Below are positions 34,244 through 59,914 of a DNA stretch of 64,000 nucleotides, piece after piece. Source of the stretch: Zootoca vivipara (lineage: Eukaryota); NCBI RefSeq assembly GCF_963506605.1, contig NC_083277.1:3906001-3970000 (forward strand), given 5' to 3'. The notes under the pieces are model-generated. The model ran no database searches and had not been told where the DNA came from. It worked only from the letters and a program-made list of their open reading frames with translations. The stretch's first letter is position 1, and every line of letters begins with the position of its first letter. Made by a program: the position numbers and the translations under genes.

Positions 34244-35564
34244 AGCTTCAACAATATTCCTTTCAAAATCTTTGGGATTACTCATTTTAGGAAATGATAA
34301 TTTTGTGGTCATTTTAGGTTCCATGTAAGGTGAAAAATGCTTTTTGCGAGTCTAAAGTAGAAAGTACCCTTCCGTTACAATCCTAATGGAGCCGGGCTGA
34401 CCAGGGAACTGCCTCGGGCATGAAAAATGCTCATACATCCCTTACTTTCCTGTGTGTAGATCATGTGTAATCTGTAAAAATGACTCAACCTTCGCCTATT
34501 TAAACACGTTCAATGTTCTGAAGGGGTCATAGAATTGTAGAGTTGGAAGGGACCCCAAGGATCATCTAGTCCAAGTGGTTCTCTTTCTCAGATTCTCGAC
34601 CCTCCGTCCCTCCATTTCTTTTTCACACAGTAGCAAAAACCCACAGGGGATCCTATCTTCTGCTTCACTGGGGAGAGCCACGCTGCCCCTCCAGGTTTTC
34701 CAAGTCTTCCTCTCCCTGTAATTGAGCCTGCTTCAGCTGCATGGGGAAAGGGGAAGGATGGAGCTCGTGGCTGCTGTTCACTTTTCCATCTTTCTCTCTG
34801 GCTGAAGCCCAGACATGCTAGGAGTCTCAATGATAATAATAATTTACAGTGGTACCTCGCAAGACTAAAATAATGAGTTCCGCGGGTTGCTTCGTCTAGC
34901 AAGATTTTCGTCTTGCGGAAACAAACGGCAGACAGCAAAAAAAAAAGGCAAAAAAAATTTGTCTTGTGAGACACGGCCATAGAAAGCTTCGTCTTACGAG
35001 GCAACAAAGAATCGCTAGACGCTTTTGTCTAGCGAGTTTTCCGTTGCGTGAGGCATTCGTCTTGCGAGGTACCACTGTATACCCCGCCCATCTGGCTGGG
35101 TTTCCCCAGCCACTCTGGGCATCTCCCGACAGAATATTAAAAACATGATAAAACATCAAACATTTAAAACTTCCCTAAACGGAGAACGTCAACCAAGTAC
35201 TGGAATAAAACTTTATTGTCATAACAGAATAGTTTGCACACTGTCAGAATGGAAGAACGCGTTTACCCATAAGAAAATCAAAATCGAACAGTGATGTTAC
35301 AGCTCTGCACAAGTAATAAATAAAATACTGTTGTCATATAAAGCCGTGTCGAGTACAAATCTAGCACAATATTTTATTTTATATCTGTACATATACAGAT
35401 ACATGCTGGTGTTTATAAATATTACTTATTCAAATTGCTTACGGTTGGCTACTATTGCCGAGGCTGAGCCCCATTTATGTTTGTGGTGTCAAATTCGCAA
35501 TTGCTATTAAAAATGTGGTATTAAAAATGTGTCCCTGGTGTGAATTGTGTTTCATTTGTTAAGA

Positions 35565-35566
35565 AA

Positions 35567-35622
<56 letters not shown>
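35565..35622. repeat. (GAAA)n microsatellite
   Basis: Read directly. Other SSRs include (TTA)n 6877-6918, (TC)n(TG)n 7140-7199 and (AAT)n 25381-25426. Confidence 0.95.
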
Positions 35623-37164
35623 GAAAGATGACTGTAATTGGTAAAACGTGCAACTGAATTGTTAAATGCATTTTAACATTGATGATATACACAATTTATT
35701 TTTTGTTTTGTAATCTTGTTTAAAAAAATGGCAGCTAGGCATTTATTGTGGCGACCATAGTCTATGTTTAAGGTGCCACTTGGCAATTAGCTTATATACA
35801 TGGGAGGTGCTTCTATCTAACAGTAATGACTTCCAAGTGCAATATATATACATCCTGAAACATTTTATAAAGCTTTGAACAGCTCAGGGTCCGTGAGAGC
35901 TTTTCCCTGCTTCTCCTTGTCACAAGTTGCTAGAAGTGTGTCATCCCGGATCCGATTTCAGAAAGAGCTTTGAGAAAAGTTCTTGCTACCTCTGGAATAT
36001 TACGGAGACACTCTCTGCCTCCTCTCCCAATTGTTGGAGCATTTTATACCCTTGGTCCTTCTGTCGAGTGATGCATGCATTTCAATCCACAGACAAAACA
36101 TCCTTTTCTCACTCTCCCATAAGGCTAAAATCTTCTCCATTTGGCAGAAGGGCAGTGGTTGTGGGGAGGGGGTTCCCCTGACTCGGGATAGCATGGATGG
36201 CTGGGAGACCCCAACCGCACGGATTCCTCCTCCCTCGGCCACCATTACTTCCCATCAGATAAAGAATGGAAAAAGCAGTGTTGGGAGAAGGAAAGTCTCT
36301 TGCTTGGCACTTTTCAATTCTGGACAAAGAGCAAAAGTGGGTCCCAGCAGGGAGCGTGGGAGGCCATCTGTCATGGATGCTTTAGCTGAGATTAGATCGG
36401 AGTAGGCAACCTAAGGCCTGGGGGCCAGATGCGGCCCAATCACCGCCTGCGGACGGTCCAGGAATCATGAGTAGAATGTGTGCTTTTTAAAAAAAACGCA
36501 TCTCTGGGTTATTTGTGGGGCATAGGAATTTGTTCATTCCCTCCCCCCAAAAAATATAGTCCAGCCCCCCCCCCCCATGGTCTGAGGGACAGTGGACTGG
36601 CCCAAGGCTGAAAAAGGTTGCTGACCCATGGATTATCCTTGGAGGCCCTTCCAATCCTAAGGAAACCAAGCCTTGTGAGGAACGGTTGAAGGAGCTGGGT
36701 ATGTTTAACCTGGAAGAGAGAGAGAGAGGAGATATGATAGCTGTCTTCAAATGTCCAAAGGGTTGTCACATGGAAGAGGGAACAAGCTTGCTTTCTCCTC
36801 TGGAAGGTAGGATTCGAACCAATGGCTTCCATTTACAAGGAAGGAGATTCCGACTAAACATCAGGAAGAACTTTTTTTGACAGCAAGAGCTGTTCAACAG
36901 TGGAACGGACTCCCTTGGGAGGTTGTGGACTTCCTTTCCTTGGAGGTTTTTAAGCAGAGGCTGGATGGCCATCTGTCAGGGATGCTTTAGCTGAGATTCC
37001 TGCATTGCAGGTGAAGCAAAAAAATAAAAAAATCCTTCCAGTAGCACCTTAGAGACCAACTAAGTTTGTCATAGGTATGAGCTTTCGTGTGCATGCAGAC
37101 TTCTTCAGATACACTGAAACAGAAGTGTGCATGCACACGAAAGCTCATACCTACGACAAACTTA

Positions 37165-37930
37165 ATTTTAACAAGGAGAAATGTAAAGTACTACACCTGG
37201 GCAAAAAAAAAGAGGCACAAATACAGGATGGGTGACACCTGGCTTGAGAGCAGTACATGTGAAAAGGATCTAGGAGTCTTGATAGACCACAAACTTGACA
37301 TGAGTCAACAGTGTGATGCAGCAGCTAAAAAAGCCAATGCAATTCTGGGCTGCATCAATAGGAGAATAGCGTCTAGATCAGGGGAAATAATAGTACCACT
37401 GTATTCTGCTCTGGTCAGACCTCACCTGGAGTACTGTGTCCAGTTCTGGGCACCACAGTTCAAGAAGGATACAGACAAGCTGGAAATGTGTCCAGAAGAG
37501 GGCAACAAAAACGGTCAAAGGCCTGGAAACGATGCCTTATGAGGAACGGCTTAGGGAGCTGGGTATGTTTAGCCTGGAGAAGAGAAGGTTAAGGGGTGAT
37601 ATGATAGCCATGTTCAAATATATAAAAGGATGTCATATAGAAGAGGGTGAATGGTTGTTTTCTGCTGCTCCAGAGAAGCGGACACGAAGCAGTGGATTCA
37701 AACTACAAGAAAGATGATTCCACCTAAACATTAGGAAGAACTTCCTGACAGTAAGATCTGTTCGGCAGTGGAATTTGCTGCCAAGGAGTGTGGTAGAGTC
37801 TCCTTCTTTGGAGGTCTTTAACCAGAGGCTTGACAGCCATATGTCAGGAATGCTTTGATGGTGTTTCCTGCTTGGCAGGGGGTTGGACTGGATGGCCCTC
37901 GTGGTCTCTTCCAATTCTATGATTCTATGA
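37165..37930 (+). mobile_element. CR1 LINE 3' fragment
   Basis: EKDLGVLIDHKLDMSQQC...[12 protein letters not shown]; ttctatga tail. Confidence 0.9.
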
Positions 37931-37934
37931 AAAA

Positions 37935-38140
37935 GGCGCGGGGTGTGTGCGTCCTGCCGCTCGGTCCGCCGGGGAGGAGGGATGGGGGTTAAGGAACCGA
38001 GTTGTGGTTCCTAGAGATGCCGGAAGCTGCACTGCAACAGGGGTGGGGGTAGAGGGGCTCTTTCCTTCTTCCGGCAGGAGAAATGGTCCAGCGGAGAAGG
38101 AGGTTGCGGAAGAGGTGCGGCTTATGGGCAGCGAATAGCG
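37935..38140 (+). promoter_or_regulatory. Probable G4 promoter / first exon
   Basis: CpG cluster; TTCCTAGAG-n5-GGAAG at 38008-38026; CTTCCGG. Confidence 0.55.
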
Positions 38141-39354
38141 GTGAAATCTAAGAGGTGCCCTATTATGGGGGGGGGTGTATGAAGTTGGGGAGGGGGCGCA
38201 GGAGGAGGGTTTGCTTGGGGAGGCGAGGGGGGGTAAATAGCAGACAAGGCTAGTAGAATATGTGGAAATGGCAAGACTGACAAACAGAACAAGAGATCAT
38301 TAGGCGTTTTGGGCGCCTAATCCGGCCCACCGGTCGATTTAATCCTGGGGGTATATGTCCTGGGGGTACAACCCTTTAAAAAGCTGAGCAACTTCAATCC
38401 CCCCCCCAAAAAAAGCTCAGCAAATTTGGTCGTCCCTCGTGCATATTCACTTTATCAAATCTTGAAAAAAGTTTGGGCATAAATGAAATAATTGAGATAT
38501 GAAGATGAGGAATAGGAGAAATGTAGCTGGAAAGGCAGTGATAAAATGCACCACCAGGGAAGAGGAGTCAGTGGCGGTTGTGTGTGTTTCTTTTATTTGA
38601 AATGTTCTTATTGTTTCAAGTGTAAAATGGAAATTAAATGGGGGGGGTGCTGGGGAAGCGAGAACCTCTGGGAAGCTGCCCTCCCCCCTCCAAAGGGATC
38701 AAGCCACTTCTCTCCCCCTTGCAGTGGGGGGGGGGGTTTCAGGGAGAGGGCAGGGGAAACCGCTTTGGTGCAGGCAAAACTGACTTATGGGGATGAGTGG
38801 GATGGGGGGGGGGGGTGTTGTTCTGCTTTTGTGCCCTAGAGCCAGAGGCAGACCCTCCAAGGGTCCCTATTTTCCAGGGACTTTCCCTGATTGAGAGAAG
38901 CCCATCCCAGTTTCTGATTTGATCCCGGAATGTCCCGCTTTTCCTTAGGACGTTCCTGTTTCCATCAGAGAAATGTTGGAGGGGATGGAGTTATCCAGCT
39001 TCTGAGCCATCTGAAGGCAAACCTGTAAAGGAAAGGGTTTTTTAAATGTTTAATGTTTTATTATCATTTTATATATGTTGGAAGCTGCCCAGGGTGGCTG
39101 GGGCAACCCAGTAAGATGTGTGGGGCATAAATAGTAAAATTATCATTATGGAATAGGACACCCCTATTTTCATTGGAGAAATGTTGAAGGGTATGTGGAG
39201 GAGAGACACCTTTGGGAGAAAAATTGAGACATTCCCAACTCCCTCTCTCCCTCCCTGTCCCTCTCATGTTTACCAAATTCCTCTGATGTTCTTGCCCATC
39301 CATTTACTTTAGTGACTCTTTGTGCATATGGCTTGTGTTTCCTTCTTATTCTAG

Positions 39355-39481
39355 GCTTGCTTGACCTTTACGGAAGCGGCTGTGGCTTTTATGGAGGACA
39401 GGTGGCACCTGCAGGATCCCAGCTGAAGATCTCTGCGCAAGGAAGTCATGGAGGAGAATTATAAGACGGTGGCCTCTCTAG
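39355..39481 (+). pseudogene. G4 degenerate KRAB-A exon with in-frame TGA (39424-39426); in-frame ATG at 39448 downstream
   Basis: 127 bp with intact ag|...|gtaagg; translates ACLTFTEAAVAFMEDRWHLQDPS*RSLRKEVMEENYKTVASL. Confidence 0.85.
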
Positions 39482-39771
39482 GTAAGGGTGCTTTTTTCCT
39501 CAGTTTGTTTGTTCAGCATGTTTTTGTCCTTTCTGCTCTTCCCCCACCAACCCATCAAATTTGCCCCTTTTGTTCTGCACCTCCCTCAAGGCTTTTCTTT
39601 GTGCTACAAGACATCTGAAGGCAGCCCTGTTTGGGGAAGTTTTTAATGTTTGATGTTTTATCGTGTTTTTAATATTCTGTTGGGAACCGGCCAGAGTGGT
39701 TGGGGAGGCCCGGCTAGATGGGCAGAGTATAAGTGATAAATTATTTATTATTCTTATTATTACTGCCACTT

Positions 39772-40270
39772 TTGTTGTTATTTAGTCGTTTAGTCGTGTC
39801 CGATTCTTCGTGACCCCATGGACCATAGCACGCCAGGCACTCCTGTCTTGCACTGCCTCCCGCAGTTTGGTCGAACTCATGTTCGTAGCTTCGAGAACAT
39901 TGTCCAACCATCTTGTCCTCTGTCATCCCCTTCTCCTAGTGCCCTCAATCTTTCCCAACATCAGGGTCTTTTCCAAGGATTCTTCTCTTCTCATGAGGTG
40001 GCCAAAGTATTGGAGCCTCAGCTTTACGATCTGTCCTTCCAGTGAGCACTCGGGGCTGATTTCCTTCAGAATGGATAGGTTTGATCTTCTTGCAGTCCAT
40101 GGGACTCTCAAGAGTCTCCTCCAGCACCATAATTCAAAAGCATCAATTCTTCGGTGATCAGCCTTCTTTATGGTCCAGCTCTCACTTCCATACATCACTA
40201 CTGGGAAAACCATAGCTTTAACTATACGGACCTTTGTCGGCAAGGTGATGTCTCTGCTTTTTAAGATGCT
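39772..40270 (-). mobile_element. BovB/RTE 3' fragment
   Basis: Near-identical to the 29.5-kb copy. Another at 46490-46841 (TSD agcattctt). Confidence 0.9.
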
Positions 40271-40574
40271 CTTCAATTAGGACTCTTTGAATCCTTTGAC
40301 TTCCCTCTGCCCCTTCCATGGTTACCATTGTCAGTCTTTTCTTCTCCTTCTGCTTATCTAATTTTCTCTCATTTGTTAAAAAAGTAGTGATTCATTTTTG
40401 CATAGTTTTTTGTACATTACCAGCATTACTCAAATCCTGCCAAAGTTTTTTGTTGTTTACAGTGTTCTCTTTAATACAGACAGAAAAAGGGAGAATCGGG
40501 GAGATGCCAAAATGGGGGTGGTGGGGTGGTAAATGGGTTCAATCTGTGATGAGAACCTTTGATTTCCCCCTTGA

Positions 40575-41625
<1,051 letters not shown>

Positions 41626-43390
41626 TAAATGTGGAAAGGTTATTAACATGAGTCGCAACTGGGAGGAAGACGTCCAATAAATACAGGAGGAACTGCATGT
41701 GGAAAAAATGTGATAGCTAAAGGAAATATGCATCATAAGATTTCTTGTAAGGATTTGCAGTCTAACATGGAAGCTTTGGGCAGAGGAAAACAAGTGAGAT
41801 CTTACTAGGGTGTTTTGGCATGAGGGGTTTGTAGATGGCGAAGAAGAACAGAGATAAGGTAGCAAATAGCATAGCTGGGTGGCCATCTGCCGTGGATGCT
41901 TTAGTTGAGATTCCTGCACTGCTGGGGGTTGGATTAGATGACCCTTGGGTTCCCTTTCAAATCTACAACTCTGAAAGTTTCCTTCAATACCCTCCTTTGG
42001 CCTGATCTAGCTTCCAGGCTTTTATATTCTTAAGCAGTTCCTGATCTAAGCTTACCAAGGAAGTTTTGAAAGTCCCAAGTTAGTACACAATATCTAGTAC
42101 AGTGATGGCCAAACTTGGGCCTCCAGCTGTTTTGGGACTACAATTCCCATCATCCCTGACCACTGGTCCTGTTTGCTAGGGATGATGGGAGTTGTAGTCC
42201 CAAAACAGCTGGAGGGCCAAGGTTGGCCATCACTGATCTAGTAGATTCCCTCATCTGCATGACCCTAAGATATTTAACAGGGACTCCATGAAAAGCTAAC
42301 CTTTCAGCGGTATCACGATTTTGTTCATAAATAAATAAATTTGCTTCACTTTGTTTCACCGTGCAATCATTGTATCCTGAGAGTTTTTATCTAGAGTGTG
42401 GTTCTGAATTTTTGTTTGTGGGTTTCCCTAATCCAAAAGTGCAATGCGTTCGCTGGACTTCTGCCGATTTATTTTAAATACATATTCCAAACTGATTTCA
42501 CTCTCTGGTTGTATATTAGAGTTGTGTTTTAGCAACAATCACAAAGCTGAATTGGCTTCCCCAGGCAGTTTAGGAAGCTTTGGGAAAGGCAGCAGTTCTG
42601 CTGAAGAGCTTGGAGGAGTAACTGCCTGTCCAAATACAGTCGTACCTTGGTTTTCAAACAGCTTAGTTCTCAAATGTTTTGGCTCCCGGATGCTGAAAAC
42701 CTGGAAGTGACTGTTCCGGTTTGTGAACTAGTTTTGGAAGCCGAACACCACGGCTTCCGATTGACTGCAGAAGCCAATCGGAAACCACACTTTGGTTTCC
42801 GAATGTTTTGGAAGTCGAACGGACTTCTGGAACGCATTCCTTTCAACTTGTTCCAAGGTACAACTATATATTTCCCTGTACTTTTTTTTCAGTGCCTGCT
42901 TAAAACATACTGGTACCGTACTTGTTTCAGCATGCCTATGCAAACACGTAGATACTGAAGTGTTTTAATCATTCTTATTACTCACGTTGATTATTTTTAA
43001 TCCTCCAAACCTTTTTCATTTCAGAAAGGATTTTTTATTTTGATGCAGGGTGTCACCCGCTCTCATACCAGGATCACTTGCAAATTACTTACCCCAACCC
43101 TCCCCCCCCCCACTCCTCCAAACCAGAGTTTGTGGTGCGAGCCCCTCTGCAATCCCGTCTCCCCCCCCCCAAATGACCTTTACATCTTGCCTTTCCTGTT
43201 ATTTTTGTTCTTTAAAAAGCCCTAGGAAGTTATATAATATATAAGCTTCTGCCACTGTCACACCTTTGCACACCGGGATACACTTTTGTTGGAAGTAGCA
43301 ACGAAAGTGTATGGACAGAGAGGGGGGAAAGCAGGGTAGATGCATAAGCTTTGACTAAATGTTTTTGGGCATCCCTCCAAGAGGAAGAAG

Positions 43391-43732
43391 GGCCCCAGGT
43401 GGCGCTGTGGTTAAACCACTGAGCCTAGGGCTTGCTGATCAGAAGGTCAGCAGTTCGAATCCCTGTGACGGGGTGAGCTCCTGTTGCTCAGTCCCAGCTC
43501 CTAGCAGTTCGAAAGCACGTCAAAATGCAAGTAGATAAATAGGAACCGCTACAGCGGGAAGGTAAACGGCGTTTCCATGTGCTGCTCTGGTTTGCCAGAA
43601 ACGGCTTTGTCATGCTGGCCACATAACCTGGAAGCTATACGCCGGCTCCCTCAGCCAATAATGCGAGATGAGCGCGCAACCCCAGAGTCGGTCACGACTG
43701 GACCTAATGGTCAGGGGTCCCTTTACCTTTTA
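43391..43732 (+). mobile_element. Sauria-type SINE, full length
   Basis: tRNA-like head ggtggcgctgtggttaaacc...gttcgaatccc; accttt tail; TSD ccaagaggaagaag. Second copy on the minus strand at ~48430-48775. Confidence 0.88.
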
Positions 43733-43789
43733 CCAAGAGGAAGAAGCTGGAATAGGTTTTATGTTGGGGAAGCAAGCAGATGGTCAGGG

Positions 43790-43835
<46 letters not shown>

Positions 43836-45474
43836 CAACGCTTTCCTGGTGTCACTGATGCCTGCCTGCCTGCCTGTTACTCATTCACTAGTGCTGTAGA
43901 AGCCTGACGAGAGAGAGATTTTAAGAGCCCCAGCAGCCCTCTGCAAGCCTCAGAGGGTTTCTAGCCATGAGAGGCCTGTGTCACAGAGCTGGCATCTGCA
44001 GGGATCAGAATCTGCGAGGAGGAGATGGTCTCCCTCTCAGCTGTTGGGAATGGAGGAGTCCTCTGGATTTCCCTTCCAAAACATCTCAGAGCACAGAAGA
44101 CTGGTGTTTCTGCTTCCTGGTTGGTGTTCCATGCTATTGCCTCCCTCCAGTGCCTGTCTTATGAGGCCAGCTTTACCTGCCTTTCCACCCCCCAAGAACC
44201 TGATTACTGGGTGGGTTGTTTGAGTTCTTCAAAACTAATCTAAAAATTTGTTTGGAAAGTGGGTAGGGGCAGCATGGTAGCCTTCAGTTTAGCTGGGGCG
44301 AGGGCAACACTTGACTTTCAATGTGGGGAATTCGTGATTCTGGACGATGTCCAGAATAAGCTGGTAAGTAGCCGTGTTGGTCTGGTGTAGTCGAAACAAA
44401 ATAATTCTTCTTCCAGTAGCACCTTAGAGACCAACTACCCCAAAGGACAGGATCACACTTCAAAATGACCTTAACAGATTAGACAACTGGGCCAAAGCAA
44501 ACGATAAATTTTAACAAGGAGAAATGTAAAGTACTACACTTGGGCAAAAATAATAATAATGAATGGCACAAATACAGAATGGGAGACACCTGTCTTGAGA
44601 GCAGTACATGTGAAAAGGATCTAGGAGTCTTGGTAGACCACAAACTTGACATGAGGCAACAGTGTGATGCAGCAGCTAAAAAAGCCAATGCAATTCTGGT
44701 CTGCATCAATAGGAGTATAGCATCTAGATCAAGGGAAGTAATAGTACCACTGTATTCTGCTCTGGTTTTCTGCTGCTCCAGAGAAGCGGACACGGAGCAA
44801 TGGATTCAAACTACAAGAAAGAAGATTCCACCTAAACATTAGGAAGAACGTCCTGACAGTAAGAGCTGTTCGGCAGTGGAATTTGCTGCCAAGGAGTGTG
44901 GTGGAGTCTCCTTCTTTGGAGGTCTTTAAGCGGAGGCTTGACAGCCATATGTCAGGAATGCTTTGATGGTGTTTCCTGCTTGGCAGCGGGTTGGACTGGA
45001 TGGCCCTTGTGGTCTCTTCCAACTCTATGGTTCTATGCTTGTTATCTCCCAATAAATGAATATTGTCTGCTGTCTGTCTGACACCTTAATCCAGTCCAGT
45101 CCATTTCAGGGGGAACAAGACATTCCCAGCCCCCAGCCCCCCACCTTTGCACCGAAAACATCTCATGCCACCAAGGAAAACTATTTGCCATGTGTCCTTT
45201 CAAGTGCAGGTCTTTCAGATAAAGCAGGCTTTTCTGCTGAACTCTTCACAAAAAAGGCACTTCTTTGTCCTCCTCCTCTGTGCATCTGCCTCGCTTGCAT
45301 CCCTTATCCAAGAGATCTCTGGAGCCCGGCTCCCTCCCTCCCCAATCTTCAGGGCGCCTTTCTCAATGCCACCCATGGGCATCGCCGAGACACTTCGGGT
45401 TCCCATTCGCAGGCTGCCAGCGCAACGGAAACAGCTGTTTGCTCCTCCCTCCCTCACTCTCCCCGCTCGTTTGA

Positions 45475-56010
<10,536 letters not shown>

Positions 56011-56334
56011 GGATCTCGCTCATGCCTACGGAGATGGCACCGGATACCAGTTCAATTTTCATATGCTGCCAAGGGGAGGGGGCTTCGCCATTGTGCTGGA
56101 GGGGTGTGTGGTGAAAGACGATTGGCGTTTCATTTGGGTTGGGGTTGCCCCAGGGCTTCCCCCCACTCCCGCTGGGACTCACCAGAACTCAATTCCAGCA
56201 CCTCTCAGGTGGGCACCATTGCCATCACAGTTGTACCTTTCGAAGAGTCGAAGAGAATTCGTTCTGGAAGTCTGTTCGACTTCCAAAATGTTTGAAAACT
56301 AAAGCGCGGTTTCTGATTGGCTGCAGGAAGCTCC

Positions 56335-56960
56335 TGTAAGGGATTCCCTGTTTCCCACCCCTCACTGCGTTAACAACAGAGGCTCTCCCTGTGCTTCTCT
56401 ACAAACAGGAGAAAAAACCTCCAGTGTCCAAATTGGACTTGTCTCCAGAGTACCTCTGGCACTGCGTTCGAAACCTATTGCCACCAGTGGGGTCTCCCTC
56501 CCTGGGATCCCTACTGCTACAATGTGCCTCTCCCTTAGGCAACTATGTGCTCCTTTGGCTTCGCTAACCAGCCCTTTGTATGAAAGGAGAAAAAGCAAAC
56601 AGTTTCCTCTTCCACAGGAAAGCTTTGTTCTCCCCTCTTTGTCACACCTCTGAAGGTACTGAGACACTGCCGAGTCAGTGAACATTTAAGCACATTTAGC
56701 TTTATTATTTAACTTATAAACATGAATTTATCTGGTTCTTAAAAGCACATATCTTCTTTTCATATAACACAGACTTGTTAACACAGCTCCTGCATCTCTC
56801 TCTAACACTCTACTCCCAACTGCCAACTCCTAACTGCCAAATCCCAACTGCCATTTAGAATGCCCTCTAGCTCCGCCTCCCAGGGAACACCTGCCTATAA
56901 TGGGAGTGATAGATTGACCCATGATGAACTGGAAGCATCATCAGGCACTATTCCGCCACA
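56335..56960 (-). mobile_element. Solo LTR inserted in a Tigger-like MITE (~56228-57113)
   Basis: TGT...ACA termini; 5-bp TSD gctcc (56330-56334 and 56961-56965). Confidence 0.8.
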
Positions 56961-57879
56961 GCTCCTGCAGCCAATTGGAAGCCGCATAAGCCCAGTCGGA
57001 CATTCAGCTTCCAAAAATAGTTTGCAAACTGGAACACTCACTTTCCCACGTTTGCAGCGTTTGGGAGCCAAAATGTTCAGGAGCTAAGCTGTTTGAAAAC
57101 CAAGGTACGACTGTATAATGCAATTCTAGCCCTGTTCTCAGTCAGAACAGGTAGCGATCCCACAGTCCAGCACAAAGACCTGCTTGCAATGTTCCCAGCT
57201 GTCAGCGATGGCACCAAAAGCGGTCTCTGCCTACAAAGGTTGGGTAGTGCAGTAAAAATTGGGGCACAGCTTTATGTGAACATTTGACCCAGCACAGAAG
57301 AGTTGTTGCAGGTAAAGCGAAACGGGATGAATTGTTTCTGTTCGTTAGTTTTGTTGATAACAATACCTGCTCTCCCAGATCTCCAGTCACCCTTCTGTTA
57401 CTGGGGAGCGTTAACTTGACTTTTTTTATTCTGTCATCGTCTCCTCCTCAACAGACTTGTTTCCCCTCTCTCTGTTCTTTGTTGCTGTTGTAGTTATGTC
57501 AGTAATTGTTCTCTAGTGCTCAGCTGCCGTTTTCTAGATATAATTATGAATATCAACTTTTTAAAAATACAGACGTGTCATTTACAATGAATATTTCAAT
57601 CCTTTTTCTTAGTTCTCTTAGCTTCATAGGTCCCTTGACTGTACAAGTTACTTTTCAAGCCCGTACGTCTAAGCCTGGCACACAGCTAGTATGTAGAACT
57701 CACAGGGGCATTGTGAGTTTGGTTGGGGGAAATGAACAATCCATATTCCGCTAGATGTATATTTTGAGATTTTCTTTATTCTCTTAACTGTGTTTTTTAC
57801 ACTTGAGAATGTTGGGGTGGGGATGAAAGGCCGAGGATAGGCTTTTTCTTTTCTTTTCCACAGCTGCCACACACTGGGT

Positions 57880-58785
57880 CACCATCTTCATCACGGTTTC
57901 CTTCCTGGTCAGTTATCCTGTGTGAGTGTCTGGAGGCGGTTGGAGGTTGGATGGTGGCTAACAGATTGAGGCTGAATCCTGACAAGACAGAAGTATTGTT
58001 TGTGGGGGACAGGAGGCGGGAAGGTGTGGGGGACTCCCTGGTCCTGAATGGGGTAACTGTGCCCCTGAAGGACCAGGGCGCAGCCTGGGAGTTATTTTGG
58101 ACTCAGATGTCCATGGAGGCGCAGGTCAATTCTGTGTCCAGGATGGCTGTCTACCAGCTCCATCTGGTACGCAGGCTGAGATCCTACCTGCCGGCGGACT
58201 GTCTCGCCAGAGTGGTGCATGCTCTAGTTATCTCTCGCTTGGACTACCACAATGCGCTCTACGTGGGGCTACCTTTGAAGGTGACCCAGAAACTACAATT
58301 AATCCAGAATGCAGCAGCTAGACTGGTGACTGGGAGGGGCCGCCGAGACCACATAACACCGGTCTTGAAAGACCTGCATTGGCTCCCAGTACGTTTCCGA
58401 GCACAATTCAAAGTGTTGGTGCTGATCTTTAAAGCCCTACACGGCCTCGGTCCAGTATACCTGAAGGAGCATCTCCACCTCCATCGTTCTGCCTGGACAC
58501 TGAGGTTCAGCACCGAGGGCCTTCTGGCGGTTCCCTTGCTGCGAGAAGCCAAGTTACAGGGAACTGGGCAGAGGGCCTTCTCTGTAGTGGCACCCGCCCT
58601 GTGGCATGCCCTCCCACCAGATGTCAAAAAGAAAAATAACTACCAGACTTTTAGAGGACATCTGAAGGCAGCCCTGTTTAGGGAAGCTTTTAATCTTTAA
58701 GAAATTAGTGTATTCTAATATTTCTGTTGGAAGCCACCCGGAGTGGCTGGGGAAACCCAGCCAGATGGGCGGGGTATAAATAATA
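57880..58785 (+). mobile_element. L2-type LINE 3' fragment
   Basis: NRLRLNPDKTE...SRLDY...LHWLPV. Further pieces at 3110-3340, 4170-4550, 15080-15400, 23520-23800, 25430-26020 and 47660-48410. Confidence 0.9.
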
Positions 58786-58786
58786 T

Positions 58787-58821
<35 letters not shown>

Positions 58822-59027
58822 GATCAATTCTGACCTCATGGGCTTATATGTGAAATTAATACCCCCACCCCACCCCGCCACTATACCCAAAACTTTATTT
58901 TTCTTTTTTTTCACATTGAATTGCATTTGCCATTTTTCTACCACTTCCTCCTGTTGATGAGGTCCTGAACGATTTAGTATTGTCGGAAAACTGCATTCAT
59001 TGGTCTGATGATGATGTCTTTCATATA

Positions 59028-59444
59028 TAGTGGTACCTCGGTTCTAAAACTTAATCCGCTCCAGAAATCTGTTTCGAAACCAAAGCATTCCCAAACCAAG
59101 ACGTGCTTTCCCATAGAAAGTAATGCAAAACGGATTAATCTGTTTCAGACTTTTAAAAACAACCCCTGAAACAGCAATTTAACCTGAATTTTACTATCTA
59201 GCGAGACCATTCATCCATAAAATGAAAGCAATAAACAATGTACTGCAGTCACACAATCAATCAGTAGCTGAACTGGGTTCCACACAGTCACAAAAACAAA
59301 ACGAAAAAGAGCCGCAAAAACCCAAAAGTCCTCAGCATAACACTCAAAACGCAAGTGTGTCACTCAAAACAGAAATGTGTCACTCAAAACGGAGGACATT
59401 TGGCTTCCGAAAAATGTCCACAAACCGTAACACTTACTTCCGGA
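59028..59444. mobile_element. Tigger-like element (left part), insertion target of the gypsy element
   Basis: Begins tagtggtacctcggtt; interrupted at 59445 by an LTR. Confidence 0.7.
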
Positions 59445-59872
59445 TGTGAGGGACAGGGGATATCGCGAAGTCCCTCCCCTCCTGAGTTCAAGCCCGTCCC
59501 CGAGCAAAGGGGAAAGCAGGGAGAGTTCCGATTCCAGTGGGGAAGCAGGAAGTCGTGTCCGAGGCTCAGGCAAGGTAGAGGAGCCAGGGTCCCAGGTGGG
59601 ACAGGAAGGGGCAAGCAAGGGGGGAAGACCCATCCCTCCAACTCCAGAATTACGCAGGAAGAGGAGGGGCAAGAGGATGGGTCTGCCAAAGCTTTTGTGT
59701 TGGAGAAAGACGCGCCAAAAGCCATTAGGAGGTTCTGAAACCGACTGACAACATCGCTCCGTGTAAATAGCAATGACTTGAGCACTGTAAATACGCAGCA
59801 CCAATAAAAGAATAAAATGCAGAGCTGCGTAGCGTCGTTACTCTGAAGTAGTCCACTCCGGCCACTGTGACA
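59445..59872 (+). repeat. 5' LTR (428 bp)
   Basis: TGT...ACA termini; AATAAA at 59803 and 59811; followed by the PBS. Confidence 0.8.
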
Positions 59873-59914
59873 GCAACCTCCTAATCATTTTTGGGCTACT
59901 TCGGAGTTGCCGGG

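Noticed and set aside
43391-43480. tRNA gene
   Set aside because: It is the tRNA-derived head of a TSD-flanked SINE.
43050-43985. Possible solo LTR around the SINE
   Set aside because: TG...CA candidates exist but no matching TSD was found.
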